Below are positions 24,983 through 35,507 of a stretch of DNA of 64,000 bases, piece by piece. Origin of the DNA: Rhizodiscina lignyota (Eukaryota); the NCBI GenBank assembly GCA_010015805.1, contig ML978121.1, forward strand, positions 1,426,001-1,490,000, in the 5' to 3' direction. The position numbers and the translations under genes were made by a program. A model generated the notes under the pieces. That model was not told the origin of the DNA. It ran no database searches and worked only from the letters and a program-made list of their open reading frames with translations. The number at the start of each line of letters is the position of its first letter. The first letter of the stretch is position 1.

Positions 24983-25329
24983 GAGAAAGAAATCGCTGAC
25001 GTCGAACTCGGGGGTCTGACGGCATTGGCGAAAGCGAAGGCTGGCATGGTATTGGACGAATGTGCTAGGACAGCGGTCCTGTTGTTTGGAGGGAATGGAT
25101 TCACAAGAACGGGAATGGGTGAACTGGTCGAGAAGATATACAGAGAGGTGCCAGGCAGCAGGATTCCAGGAGGTACGTTCCGAATGCTATTTTTGGGGTT
25201 AATTTAACATTTTTTCTAGGGAGCGAAGATGTGATGCTAGACCTGGCCATCCGGCAACTAGTAAAGAACTACCGGGCGAAGACAAAGGCACTGCAATCCA
25301 GAGGCACTGATGGAATGGCGAAATTGTAA
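24983..25329 (+). pseudogene. 3' fragment of a peroxisomal acyl-CoA dehydrogenase (5' part absent; intron 25173-25219)
   Basis: ADVELGGLTALAKAKAGMVLDECARTAVLLFGGNGFTRTGMGELVEKIYREVPGSRIPG/GSEDVMLDLAIRQLVKNY...MAKL*. This is an ACAD C-terminal signature with a PTS1 (AKL). Upstream sequence shows no ACAD similarity, and the GFA gene starts only about 450 bp away. Confidence 0.8.
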
Positions 25330-25359
25330 TATGATTCTAAGGCAGTACATATTAGGAAA

Positions 25360-25712
25360 TTAGCTTTCCTCGACTGCCTCTTGGAGAGTACGAATCTGTA
25401 GCGAGCTCGTTTTTGGGTGAGAAGTCCCTTTGAGAAGGCTTTCGTATACTCGGGCGCGGGCAAGCATACCGTACGTCCGATCTACTGAAGAGCCAACATA
25501 GCTTCCATCCTCAGAGCTCTTGCGGACACCATTCCAATAGTAACCGAAGCCTAGCAGCGTTGACTCAGAACACCTTGGGATCGCGCGAAGGTCATCATAC
25601 GTGATGAGATGTTGGTCCAGCATAACAGCAGCATCCTCGGTACTCTAATAGCCTCAACGAGTGTGCCCGCAAGCCATGGGATATTAACGCCTTTGAAGAA
25701 TGTGCGAAAGGA
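25360..25712 (-). pseudogene. GIY-YIG-like endonuclease fragment (frameshifted, truncated)
   Basis: FRTFFKGVNIPWLAGTLVEAI/TEDAAVMLDQHLITYDDLRAIP...GYYWNGVRKSSEDGSYVGSSVDRTYGMLARARVY. A G-Y-Y...Y-V-G-S bipartite motif is followed by an Arg at a GIY-YIG-like spacing. Confidence 0.55.
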
Positions 25713-26008
25713 GTATCTTCCAATTTCCCGTCTTCTTCATGATCCTCGTCATAGGTAACTTGGTCTGTGTGAGACTGGGAGTGGTAAAGAGCGCAACTCA
25801 TCGATTGCGTTGTCGGGGAGTGTATTCATAGAGGTGATGGTGACCAGCGAGGCAGGAGCGAGACACTCCTTCCTCAGGCTACATCAGGCTCCAGACATCG
25901 TTCCATCTCATTTTCCCATTATTTTCATCCTCCTTTCCATCATTTCAAAGTCAGGGGCGTCGCCTTCCATCGCTTTGAGTACACTTTCGATCAAGAGTTG
26001 CCACTACG

Positions 26009-26190
26009 ATGGCCAGGCCTGTTCAAGCCCGACCTGCACCAGCTCAACGCGTAGCTAGTGTAAGGAGAAAGGCACGCCCACGGTCCCGATCCCCATCTCC
26101 TAACCCCAAGCGCCGCGCTCGTCGTTCGCAGTTGCTTGACGCAGTTCGCGAGCAACTTACCAACGGCACCCTTCAAGCGCCACTCACTTC
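26009..26190 (+). pseudogene. Fragment paralogous to 15615-15785
   Basis: QRVASVRRKARPRSRSPSP...RSQLLDAVREQLTNGTLQAPLT versus ERVANVKRGARSHSRSRSP...RSQLFEAVQAWFNHGTLQEAFT. Several differences are third-position (gtc/gtt, aca/acc, gag/gac). Confidence 0.6.
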
Positions 26191-26261
26191 TATGGCCGTA
26201 CGAACTGGTGGGCCTGGGCCATCCAGTCACTCGCTTCTCATTGTCCCCCTTCTTGGAGTTC

Positions 26262-26418
26262 ATTTAACATTTTTCTAAGGAGCAAAGACGCGGTAATGGA
26301 CCTGGCTATACGGTAACTAGTAAAGAACTGCTGCGCGAAGATAAAGGTACTATAATCTAGATATATTGATAGAATAGCGAAATTGTAATTTGATGCTAAG
26401 GCAGTAAACATTAGGAAA
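26262..26418 (+). repeat. Direct-repeat copy of 25202-25359 (ACAD intron end, last exon and 3'UTR), RIP-mutated
   Basis: Co-linear alignment over about 157 bp. Copy 2 has caa>taa twice, aca>ata, gca>gta, ctg>cta, atg>ata and tgga>taga, and the CTAG acceptor has become CTAA. Confidence 0.9.
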
Positions 26419-27792
26419 GTATCCAGTAGTCATAAAAGTCAATACTTCGTCAGGTCATTGCTACGTTCCACTTCCGATCTCCGGCCGCCGAACGCAAGCA
26501 AATTCAGATATCCATGAAATTCGACGGCCACACATTCTTAATTCTGCAGCCGCCGCAACGTTTATGGCCGCATGCCTCGCAGCGCGGCCTGCCAAAGCAT
26601 GACGGCTCCCAAAAAGCCATCCCTCGTCTGCAGTTGCAGCACACTACCTTTCTGATTGACTTAGTTTTTGAGGGCATCTTGCAATATCAGTGAGATGGGC
26701 TTAATCTGTTGTGATTCGTTATTGCTGATCAGGTTCTGAGATAGCATTGAAGTGAGTATACGAAACCTCGGCGTATATGAAGCTACGCAACAGATCATGG
26801 TGAGAAGTTTCGTCAATGTGAGACAGAATCGCTTTGTTGCACTCCTTTGAGAACAAGACCAGGAGACATCAAAGAGCTCCTGAAGCATCATGACCCCCAT
26901 TGTGAGCCACACTAGCTCTTTGTTGATTGTTTCTAGTCGACATGAAGACCGATTATAGCTCTGCTTTGAATGTGATCCAAATTCGTTCAGTCACACTTGG
27001 AAAATGGGATGCTGACTTTACATCGGGGAAAAAACTGAGATATTTCGACACCCGGACAGCTACTTTCTATCCCCTCTCACGACCGCAATCTTGCCTTAAT
27101 AATTATAATACTAGTATAAAATGAACTATAAGGATTAGTCTATGTAAATCTCTACTTTATTTTAATAAGAAAATTAATATTCGTCGAGAAAACTGGCGAA
27201 CAATTGCTGATATCTGAGTGTCAATGGCGTGTCACTTTTTCGCCCGACGTAGGGGCTGAGTAGCTACTTCGTATTCACGGGGGCGGTCAAGGGTACCTAA
27301 ACCTGGGTACCCCGCCCCACTGGGGATTGGATTGGGGTTCCGCCCTTTAAGGGCAAAGCCCTCTTCAGAAGATCGCCACGAAGATCTTAACTACTGCTCT
27401 GTACAAATATATTCACCGTCAAATCCTCTTGATTCTAGTGTTGCCTATTGGCGTGTTCGTCTCCGCATTTTGGCCCTTGGGGTCCGTTTTCAGGCCGGAC
27501 CTCTCAGAAGACACCCGTCAGCCATAGGCCGTTTCCTTGCGCTAGTCCAAGCCTCGTTACTGAGGCGGTGACTCCTTCTTGACTCCCTTTTCTACAGGCA
27601 GCGTAGGTATAAGTCATTGTCTGTGTCGCGTGCTACCTTTCCCAGTGTCTTCATCGTCCAGTTACACATGCGACGCGGCGATAGAAGATTTCCTTTGAGG
27701 TCTCTCACGATATACAGAGTATCTTTCTGACTGTTTCAGCTATTGTCAACGTCCTTCACCCGCTTGTCGTTTCATTATTCCTCCCCGTCATA

Positions 27793-30700
27793 ATGCAAAT
27801 CAATTTCGATATACCACTCATACGAGATGGTAAAAGCAAAGACCTTGTCTCATATCTCAATGAACTTCGACAGAATCACTCGGATGTCGCCATTTGCCAA
27901 TCACTGTTTGAAGCTGTTGATCAAGAATATATCCCGCCAGATATCTTCAGCATATTTATTCCCTGGTCAAAGTCTTCCGATATCATTGCACTGTGCGTTC
28001 ACAATCAACAATCCCGTTTCGTTCGAAATCAAGGCATCAAGTTCTTCGGCAAGGTACTGGCGGATCCCGAACGGTGGGAGGCTGCGTGGTTGGCTTTAGG
28101 CGGATCTGAAGGACTCGTCAGTCTGTTCGCAGAACTCTCCGTCATAGATGTCAGGGCTCTGTCAACTGCAATTGGTTGCTGTAAACGTGCTCAGCATGAA
28201 GATGGAGTGCGAGAGGAAACCATCGAGGAGTTGCTGCGAGCACTTCTACCGACGCACTATCCCGGATCGAAATATGAAAGCCATGACAAACGTCCTATTC
28301 AGCACCACTATGCTCAAATGGCGCCTGCATGCTCGGACGAATTTATTGCCGAATTACTGGATGCCGAAGACGAGTCAAATCCGCTTTATCGACGACTCCC
28401 TGTGACACGCTTGATCAGGACTCACGGAGAGCTCTTACGAAGGCGGGTCATCGAAGGCATCTTTGGGGATGGAAATGAGGACAAGCAACTTCCTCAATTT
28501 CTAGCAGCGTTCGTATACAGCCAACCACCCAGACCTGGACCAGATCAGAAGGTGTCAGCATCCATGGCATTTGCAATGAGCGTCTTGCAGTCCCGACTCA
28601 AAGACATCGATAATGATAAATATTGGCCTGCGACGGTATCTGAAGCCGACATATTCTTCTCACTCTTTCGACGAAGTCTTAAAAAGAGATTGCCCGAGGC
28701 TAGAGTATACGACGTCATCAAACTCGGGCTGCAGATGGTGGAGGCTCAGCCAAAGCTGAAATCCAACTTTAAGTCCAAAGATATCTGGTCCAAGCTGATT
28801 GCACGTTGGAAGAGAACGCCAAAACTCTATGGAGACTTGATTTCGCTTGCTTTGCGTTTGGGACTGGGGGCAAAATCGGAGAAAACAATTTCAAGAGACT
28901 TCCTTCAAACTCTACAAGCTGCCAGCTTGAGGCCAGAATTGCGGTGGCCACTGCTTCGATTGTACTGTCTTCACGTCCCCAGGAAAGGTATCGACATAGA
29001 TAGCGCCGACGACTACACGACCCTTGGGGATCAGCAATGGTCTAGTGATCTCTTCTACCAGCTAAACACGAGTCAAGCACTTCGACTATTGAAAGGCCTT
29101 CAGGACGCGAATCCGGAATATCCATTTTTGGTTGGGTCTGGGGTTTTGGCCGATCAGAAGATCTCAACTTATCACAACTTCAATGCTGAACTCCTTGAAG
29201 TTATTCTCCGGCGCGGCTCCGAAGAGACACAAAGAAAGGCCGAGGCTGCCGTCGACGATCTCCGCAAGAAGTCCGCGACTGCAAGGGAACAATTGGACCG
29301 AGCCCGACTTGCGAAAGGTGCTTCTTCTTATGCTATCGCAAGCGGCAGTCTTGACCTTTACGCCGAGACAATCACTTGGCAGCAGCGATACGTTCGGGAT
29401 CCTCTTACTGTGAAAACCATATTTGCCCGGGATGCCGTCACCACTACAGAAGGGATCGAGCTTCTCTCCGGGATACCGAAACCGTTTTCGAGTTTGGCGG
29501 AAGTCGCATCAAGAGTGGAGAAGGCAAACAAGATCTTACTGACTCTGGAGGAGACAATGCGAATGGCGAAACGAGAGCCCTCCTTCCACCAGCCAGATTG
29601 GCAATTTATCAGCCAGTTATTTGGGGATGTCATCAGTCAACGCGTCGCTCGCGCCACCGATCTGCAGAAGCATCTGAAAGGTTCCGATGCGGACGTGTAT
29701 ACTGCAATATGGGGAGGAACCTTGGCCATGGTGGAGAAAGTAGGCGTTGACTTCCTAAATGCAGCTCGTGGCCCGATCAGAGACCTCTTCGAAACCCTCC
29801 CTCCAAAAGCTCTGGCTGCTACAACGAAGTCTATGCTCGAAGCTGGTAAGGAGAGGCGGAAGAAGCAAGACCGTGAGCCAGGAGATGATATTCTGGAGCA
29901 TCTGTCATACGATGTGCTGCTGCGGCTCGGTAAAAGCGACAAGCCCGAATTAGGGCAGCAGCTTGTTCTCCAGACAATCCTCGATCGACCAGATGCAAGC
30001 TCTTGGCATCGACAAATGTTGTCGGTGGCGTTTATGAAACGTCTCTCCGCCAAAGATGCCCAGGAACTACTTCTTGCATTTGCAGTTGGAATTAGTGAAA
30101 AGCTTGGGGAGCAATCGTTTGTCAGAGTGGGAGAAGCAGAACCAGCCAAATCAGCACCGCCCCAGTCGCTTGTTAAAGTCACTACGGTCAAATACCTAGC
30201 GCAACTCCTTGACAACGCCGAGTTCATCTCAGCAGACAACGCAGTGGAGGTACTAGTGGAACTGTTCAAGGCCGGGACGCACAGGGATATTCGTCTCGCC
30301 ACTCTCGACAGCCTGTTGAGCTTGCTGAACAGCATATGTAGCCGAGGGGACGAGGGTTGGAGATCTAACCCGTTGGTTGAGAAGATAATGGGAGCTCTGG
30401 AGACCGTCATCCCAGTTTTGGTATTTAGGGAGCGCCAACCAATGAGACCCCAGGACTGGGAAGAAGCTAAAGAGACGGGAACCGTGCCAGCTATTCCTGA
30501 CGTATCTCTTGACCTCCCTCCGTTGTTGAATGCTATGCTTACAGCAGCCGATGGACGCCAATACCCTGGTCTGAAAAACTTGCAAGCTGAGTTTGTGGCC
30601 CGGTTCTTCTTGCCCATTCTCGAGCTGTCCCAAGCAGAGCATATGAGATGGGTTGCATTGTTCCTCACTAAATACAATTACAAGGCGAGGTTCACTGTAA

Positions 30701-31821
30701 AGGACCTCCCTCGGACGCCAGTTAGGGTCCGGGTATGGGAGACTCTCGTACGGTCCTATCCCGATTTTGTTCCCCAGACTGTGTTTGAAGACTACAATGA
30801 GCATATCGTCATGACAATCGCACCACCTGCGGCACTTACAGACTTCAATAAGTCTCTCAGAGCGGATCCGAATCTCCGGAATACGGCTGAAGTCCGGCAT
30901 TGGCTCTTAATCTTTGGCCGAAGCATGAACCAGTACTCGTCCTCTGGAACTCAGACATTCGTGTCTATGGTCCATCATGGCTGGCCAACTCCTTCAATTC
31001 AGAATGGCATCTCCGCGGAGTGGTTGATGAGCGCAATCAACAGCCATGCATCACTCTTCCTCAACGATTATGAGAGGTACACGGGTGTCTGGAAACTCTT
31101 CACACGGGATTTACGTATGCCTTCCGAGAGTCCTGGCTCTATTCCCTCGATGGTGTCAGCATGGCAGAAAAGTGGCAGACTCTTGCTCGAGCAAATCACA
31201 TCGCTGGTAGTCCGTACAAGGATCAGGCATGCCGCAGAGAATAAGCGTACTCTTCTTCCCTCGGTTACGAAACTTCGTCTTTGGCTCCTGCCTTATCCTT
31301 GCTTCCCAGACATAACGGAAGCCGATTTTGTCAAGGCATTAGAGGAGCTTCTAGATACTCTTCTGAAAGGTGAAGCTAACGTCCTCCGTTGGCCCAACCT
31401 TGCCGAAGATGCCTTCACGATCTCTGAATTGCTCAACACGGATGAAGAACGACTACGGGTTGCGTCATACATTGGAGGACTCGAGGAGCCATCAGATAAG
31501 AGTATCTCGGAATCGTCTGCCCAGAAACCTTCGTCTGGAGGTTCCACAAGCGATCCAGAGTCGAGAACTACCAGTGATCAAAGGGAGTCAGCTTTGAACC
31601 TCATCCGAGTTGCGCTTGCGCTAAGGCTCATTGAAGAGGGACAGAACGGTTTGAAGAAGGATGCCAAGGGCGAATTAGTGGCGGAAAGCAAGGATCTTGT
31701 CCAACGCCTCCAGAAGAGGATTGTGCACTGGCAGAACGATGACGATGAGAGCATCCGAGAGCGGATCGCAGAGTGGAGAAAGCAAGAGAACGGGCTTTGG
31801 AAGACTTTGATGGGTAAATAA
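27793..31821 (+). CDS. Large (1342 aa) intronless uncharacterised, probably alpha-helical protein
   Basis: A 4-kb uninterrupted ORF with Leu/Ala/Glu-rich amphipathic composition. No catalytic motif, signal peptide or clear TM segment was recognised. Confidence 0.85.
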   Translation: MQINFDIPLIRDGKSKDLVSYLNELRQNHSDVAICQSLFEAVDQEYIPPDIFSIFIPWSKSSDIIALCVHNQQSRFVRNQGIKFFGKVLADPERWEAAWLALGGSEGLVSLFAELSVIDVRALSTAIGCCKRAQHEDGVREETIEELLRALLPTHYPGSKYESHDKRPIQHHYAQMAPACSDEFIAELLDAEDESNPLYRRLPVTRLIRTHGELLRRRVIEGIFGDGNEDKQLPQFLAAFVYSQPPRPGPDQKVSASMAFAMSVLQSRLKDIDNDKYWPATVSEADIFFSLFRRSLKKRLPEARVYDVIKLGLQMVEAQPKLKSNFKSKDIWSKLIARWKRTPKLYGDLISLALRLGLGAKSEKTISRDFLQTLQAASLRPELRWPLLRLYCLHVPRKGIDIDSADDYTTLGDQQWSSDLFYQLNTSQALRLLKGLQDANPEYPFLVGSGVLADQKISTYHNFNAELLEVILRRGSEETQRKAEAAVDDLRKKSATAREQLDRARLAKGASSYAIASGSLDLYAETITWQQRYVRDPLTVKTIFARDAVTTTEGIELLSGIPKPFSSLAEVASRVEKANKILLTLEETMRMAKREPSFHQPDWQFISQLFGDVISQRVARATDLQKHLKGSDADVYTAIWGGTLAMVEKVGVDFLNAARGPIRDLFETLPPKALAATTKSMLEAGKERRKKQDREPGDDILEHLSYDVLLRLGKSDKPELGQQLVLQTILDRPDASSWHRQMLSVAFMKRLSAKDAQELLLAFAVGISEKLGEQSFVRVGEAEPAKSAPPQSLVKVTTVKYLAQLLDNAEFISADNAVEVLVELFKAGTHRDIRLATLDSLLSLLNSICSRGDEGWRSNPLVEKIMGALETVIPVLVFRERQPMRPQDWEEAKETGTVPAIPDVSLDLPPLLNAMLTAADGRQYPGLKNLQAEFVARFFLPILELSQAEHMRWVALFLTKYNYKARFTVKDLPRTPVRVRVWETLVRSYPDFVPQTVFEDYNEHIVMTIAPPAALTDFNKSLRADPNLRNTAEVRHWLLIFGRSMNQYSSSGTQTFVSMVHHGWPTPSIQNGISAEWLMSAINSHASLFLNDYERYTGVWKLFTRDLRMPSESPGSIPSMVSAWQKSGRLLLEQITSLVVRTRIRHAAENKRTLLPSVTKLRLWLLPYPCFPDITEADFVKALEELLDTLLKGEANVLRWPNLAEDAFTISELLNTDEERLRVASYIGGLEEPSDKSISESSAQKPSSGGSTSDPESRTTSDQRESALNLIRVALALRLIEEGQNGLKKDAKGELVAESKDLVQRLQKRIVHWQNDDDESIRERIAEWRKQENGLWKTLMGK

Positions 31822-32435
31822 TGATGCACGATCGGAACCTGTACGAACGATCAGCCATTAATACATTCGCGCGTATCTCCTGGTATGTAGACGGAGAATT
31901 GCGGCTCGACAGGTTTGATACTTTGGACGTCGCGTCGCAAATCCTGAGTCCTGTTTGCTTGTACTGGATTTCCGACGTCGCCTTTTTGAGACAAGAGTCA
32001 CAGTTATGGAGCGAAGCAAGGATTTGACCAACACTAGTTATTAGGTCAAGCATGACTGTCTATGTACACAAAAAGAAACCTCTATTACATTATTAGGGTG
32101 GTGGGAACTGTTTCCGACCCATTTGTCTATGTCATCAAACCATCATTGCAGTGAATTGTTAGAGTCCCGCCGCCCATGTGCTAACTCCACTCAACGCTTT
32201 GGGCGTTATGCGAAAAAGAAAAGGCGAACGTATCCCACGTAGCCTGAATTTGTGTGTTCGAAAGAGGTGCAATGCGGGCGGAAGCCTTCTATATCCGGTC
32301 CAACCGCAGACATGAAGGAACGAACGGTTCATGACACCAAAGCATATGGTGCCAGGCTCCCGTATACATATGAAAGTCGAAGAACGCGCACTCGGAGCCC
32401 CTCAGAGACTGAGCTCTAGTCGAAAGAGGCTATGA

Positions 32436-34975
32436 TTAGAAGAAAAAGGCTGCAGCAAACACGAGCGCCGTAAATGCCGTAGTTATACAGTATTCCACTT
32501 CAAACAGAGCTGTTTGCGGTTTAAAGGCAGTTTTCTTGGCATGTCTCGTCGGATGAGCGATGCCGGTCTTCGAATCTCGGTCCAGCAATGCTTCTCTATC
32601 AGGCATGCTTGGTGGATCAATCGCATATGTGACTGGAATCCAGAATGCGCTGCATGTCATGACCCAGGCCACGGGAGGCCAGAAGGCATGTGTTAGAAGA
32701 CATTCCAGCTGATCGCGCGTTGTAGGTTTATCCAGGAGGCAGTGAAGACTAGTCAGAGTAACGGCTGTGAGACAGAAGTAAACGTAGAGAACGTGGTAGC
32801 CGGCGAGGTAGTTGAGGACGATGATGCGGAGTCGGCGAAAGAGAGGAGCGCGGGCGGCAGGGTCGCGCTCATTGAGTTCGGACTTGAGTGAACCAGATGG
32901 CTTGAAAGCTTGAGTTTGGCCTCCGAGCCACCTCGGGAGTACGAAAGAGCGAACGATTGTGAGCGCGATATACGGGCTCATCCAGAGCTGTGCGCGACTT
33001 CCGCGCTGGCCGGTTGCATAGCCAGAGGGTATGAAGAGGACGACCTCGCAGATGCGGTTCATGATGAAAGCGGCGAAGCAGGAACGAATGAGCCAACGGA
33101 GTTGTTCGTCGTTTGCGTAAGCAACGAGTGCGTTTCCGGTGATGAGAACGATCGGCAGCGCGAAGAGGGAGAGGGTGAGGAATACGTTGAACAAGCTGAG
33201 GACGGCGTAGATGAAGCTAGACATTCGTTGATAGAAGGTCATCTGGCGGACAGCGTCTCCATAGAGACAGAACTTGAGTTTGAATGACGTGTCCACAGTG
33301 CCGATTGCCTGGCTCCAAGTTAGTGACAATCATGTAAAACTTGGCGGTAGGATTTACCCATCTCGTCCTCTGCTTCAAATGGCTTCCATAGCTGTCAGGA
33401 ACTGTTCCGAACTGCAGCGGCTCATGGATATATGCGGTTTTCCAACCCTTTCCCAGCATAAGTGTAGAAGTAGCGACATCCTCTGCGAGCGATCCTTTAG
33501 GAAACAAACCAATCTCCTCGAGCGCATCCCTGCGGAGTACATAACCACTACCCGTGCACCATGCAACACCTAATGCGTCTTTTATTGGTTCTGATACATG
33601 CACAAAGAAATCGAGGCTTTGGCAGAGTGGATCGCCTGGTGGAACGTTGTAGAAAAGCTGGGGCGGACATGCGAGAGCCACTTTAGGATCAGCAAGTAGA
33701 TGAGGGACGATTGCACGAAGCCAGCTCTGCTCAGGTATCATGTCCGCATCCAACGCAGCGACGTACTGAGAAGCTCCACCCGGCATATCAATGACCTCTT
33801 CGAGCCCATAGTTCAGGTTACCAGCCTTGAAGTGGTGCGGTACTCCGGGAATCTTCGTTCTGGCGCGATAATGCAAATTTGGATATATCTCAGTCAGCCC
33901 TTGGACGGACCTTTGCAGCTCTGCCGATTTTGCGTCGTCCAGAACAACGACCCGGAATTTGTTCAGCGGATAGTCCACATCACAGGAAGCTCGCACGGTG
34001 TCCAGAATCAGGTCCACCTCTTCTCCACAGCACGTGATAAAGACGTCGACGGTAGGGACGTCCTTACCCACAAGACGAAGCTTAGGGCGTTTCCTCTTTT
34101 TCAGAGAAAATATCGTGAAGAACGACTGCAGGAAGATAGGAATGGCCACGGAGATTTCAACGACGATAAAAACCCACGCGAGTGGAAACCAGCGGTGCTG
34201 TTGTCTCTGTGCCGAAAGGACGAAGAGTATCCTTAGGGTGAAATAGAGCCAGTACAAGCCCAGAGTGAGGATGGCCAGGATCGGAGCGCTGAAGTAGAGG
34301 TATCGCTTCCAGTTCGAGAGCTGGCCGACGTCGTCTCGGCTATGGACTTTCGCAATAAGACCTTCTTTAACCCAATCTTTGTCGAATATTTGGGATGGCG
34401 ATGCCGGAAACAATGGTTTGTTTATTTCAGAGCTCTGGTTCAAATTAGTGTGAGCTTTGCGAGGGTCTTAATGTAGTTCATACCAGAGGTGTTGGAGTGT
34501 TGGAAGAAGCATATGATAAATGTTGATACGGTTGACCGTGAGAGAGCCATGAGGGATGTGGGCTAGTAAATGGTGTGCCCGGCGGACTCTCAGCATACAA
34601 ATCAAGTGATGAGTGTCCTGGTCGAAAAACAGGACGCGTGGCCACGGGCTCGGCTGTGTAAAAGGAGCTTCGTCGCCGCGCGAACGGTTGTATCTCGTCT
34701 ACTTGTTCGTCGCTCTTGTTCTTCCTGTCTTCCACCAGTCTTGCCGATTCCATGGAAGAATGTCCATTCAGCGGCCACACCTCCCTCTCGGCCTCTGTTC
34801 GCATCGGGGAGATGGGCACAAGCTGCTCATACTTCTCTTTTGTCTCATGACTAGAGTTGTCGTCGTTCGCGGTATGTAGGGAAGGGGTGAGCGATCTTTG
34901 GTACGCCGATGGTGGTCTGGTAAGAGTCGGATGCAGCGCTTCGTAGTCGTCAACGATAGGGCGAATCGTTGACAT
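32436..34975 (-). CDS. Cellulose-synthase-like processive GT2 beta-glucan synthase (CelA/Tft1-like), 3 exons
   Basis: Two N-terminal TM helices, then DVFITCCGEE, LDD, HHFKAGNLNYGL, DAD, PQLFYN, CTGSGYVLRR, LAEDV and QRTRW (D,D,D,QxxRW), followed by several TM helices. No PilZ domain. Confidence 0.93.
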
Positions 34976-35507
34976 TGCGCTTGGCCGGCAAACACTTATA
35001 ACAAAACGAAAGTAGTACGAGATACCTCAGTATCTCAGTGATGTGTTGGAACGAGTGACAAAGTAGCGAATGAAGAGTCGAGAATAGGATTGCACCAGTG
35101 AAACAAAAGGGAAGAAGGAAAGCTTGCAAGTTTGACAGGTAGGACAAGCTATCAGCGGGACATCCCTCCGGAGCAGCGAAAACACGGCACGGTGTAGTGG
35201 CTGGCGCGTCGCGCACGTTATCCGCAGTGTTGAATCAGGTTGGTGAACGTATCAAACTTGGTGGCTGCGGGCCCACAAAATTCAAGGAGTGATGTTGATA
35301 AGAACAACACCAAGCCGATAAACGCACTGAGACCTGATCATCCTGGAAATACAATATATCGGACGGAAGATCCCACACTGCTTAATTCAGGTCAACGCCC
35401 TCCTTACCTACCTACTTTGCTCTGATGATCTTCGCTCTTCTATATCTCTCCTGAGGGTTCTGGCCTCGAAGACACTCCATCACAGGACAGGCCCTCCGGC
35501 AACAAAA

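Noticed and set aside
29637..30900. 346-aa and 215-aa minus-strand ORFs
   Set aside because: They are antisense to the 1342-aa gene, with Ser/Arg-rich shadow composition.
9050..32000. Intact Starship or other large mobile element
   Set aside because: No DUF3435 tyrosine recombinase, transposase, RT or terminal repeats were recognised, and the conserved rfeG-like gene interrupts the interval.
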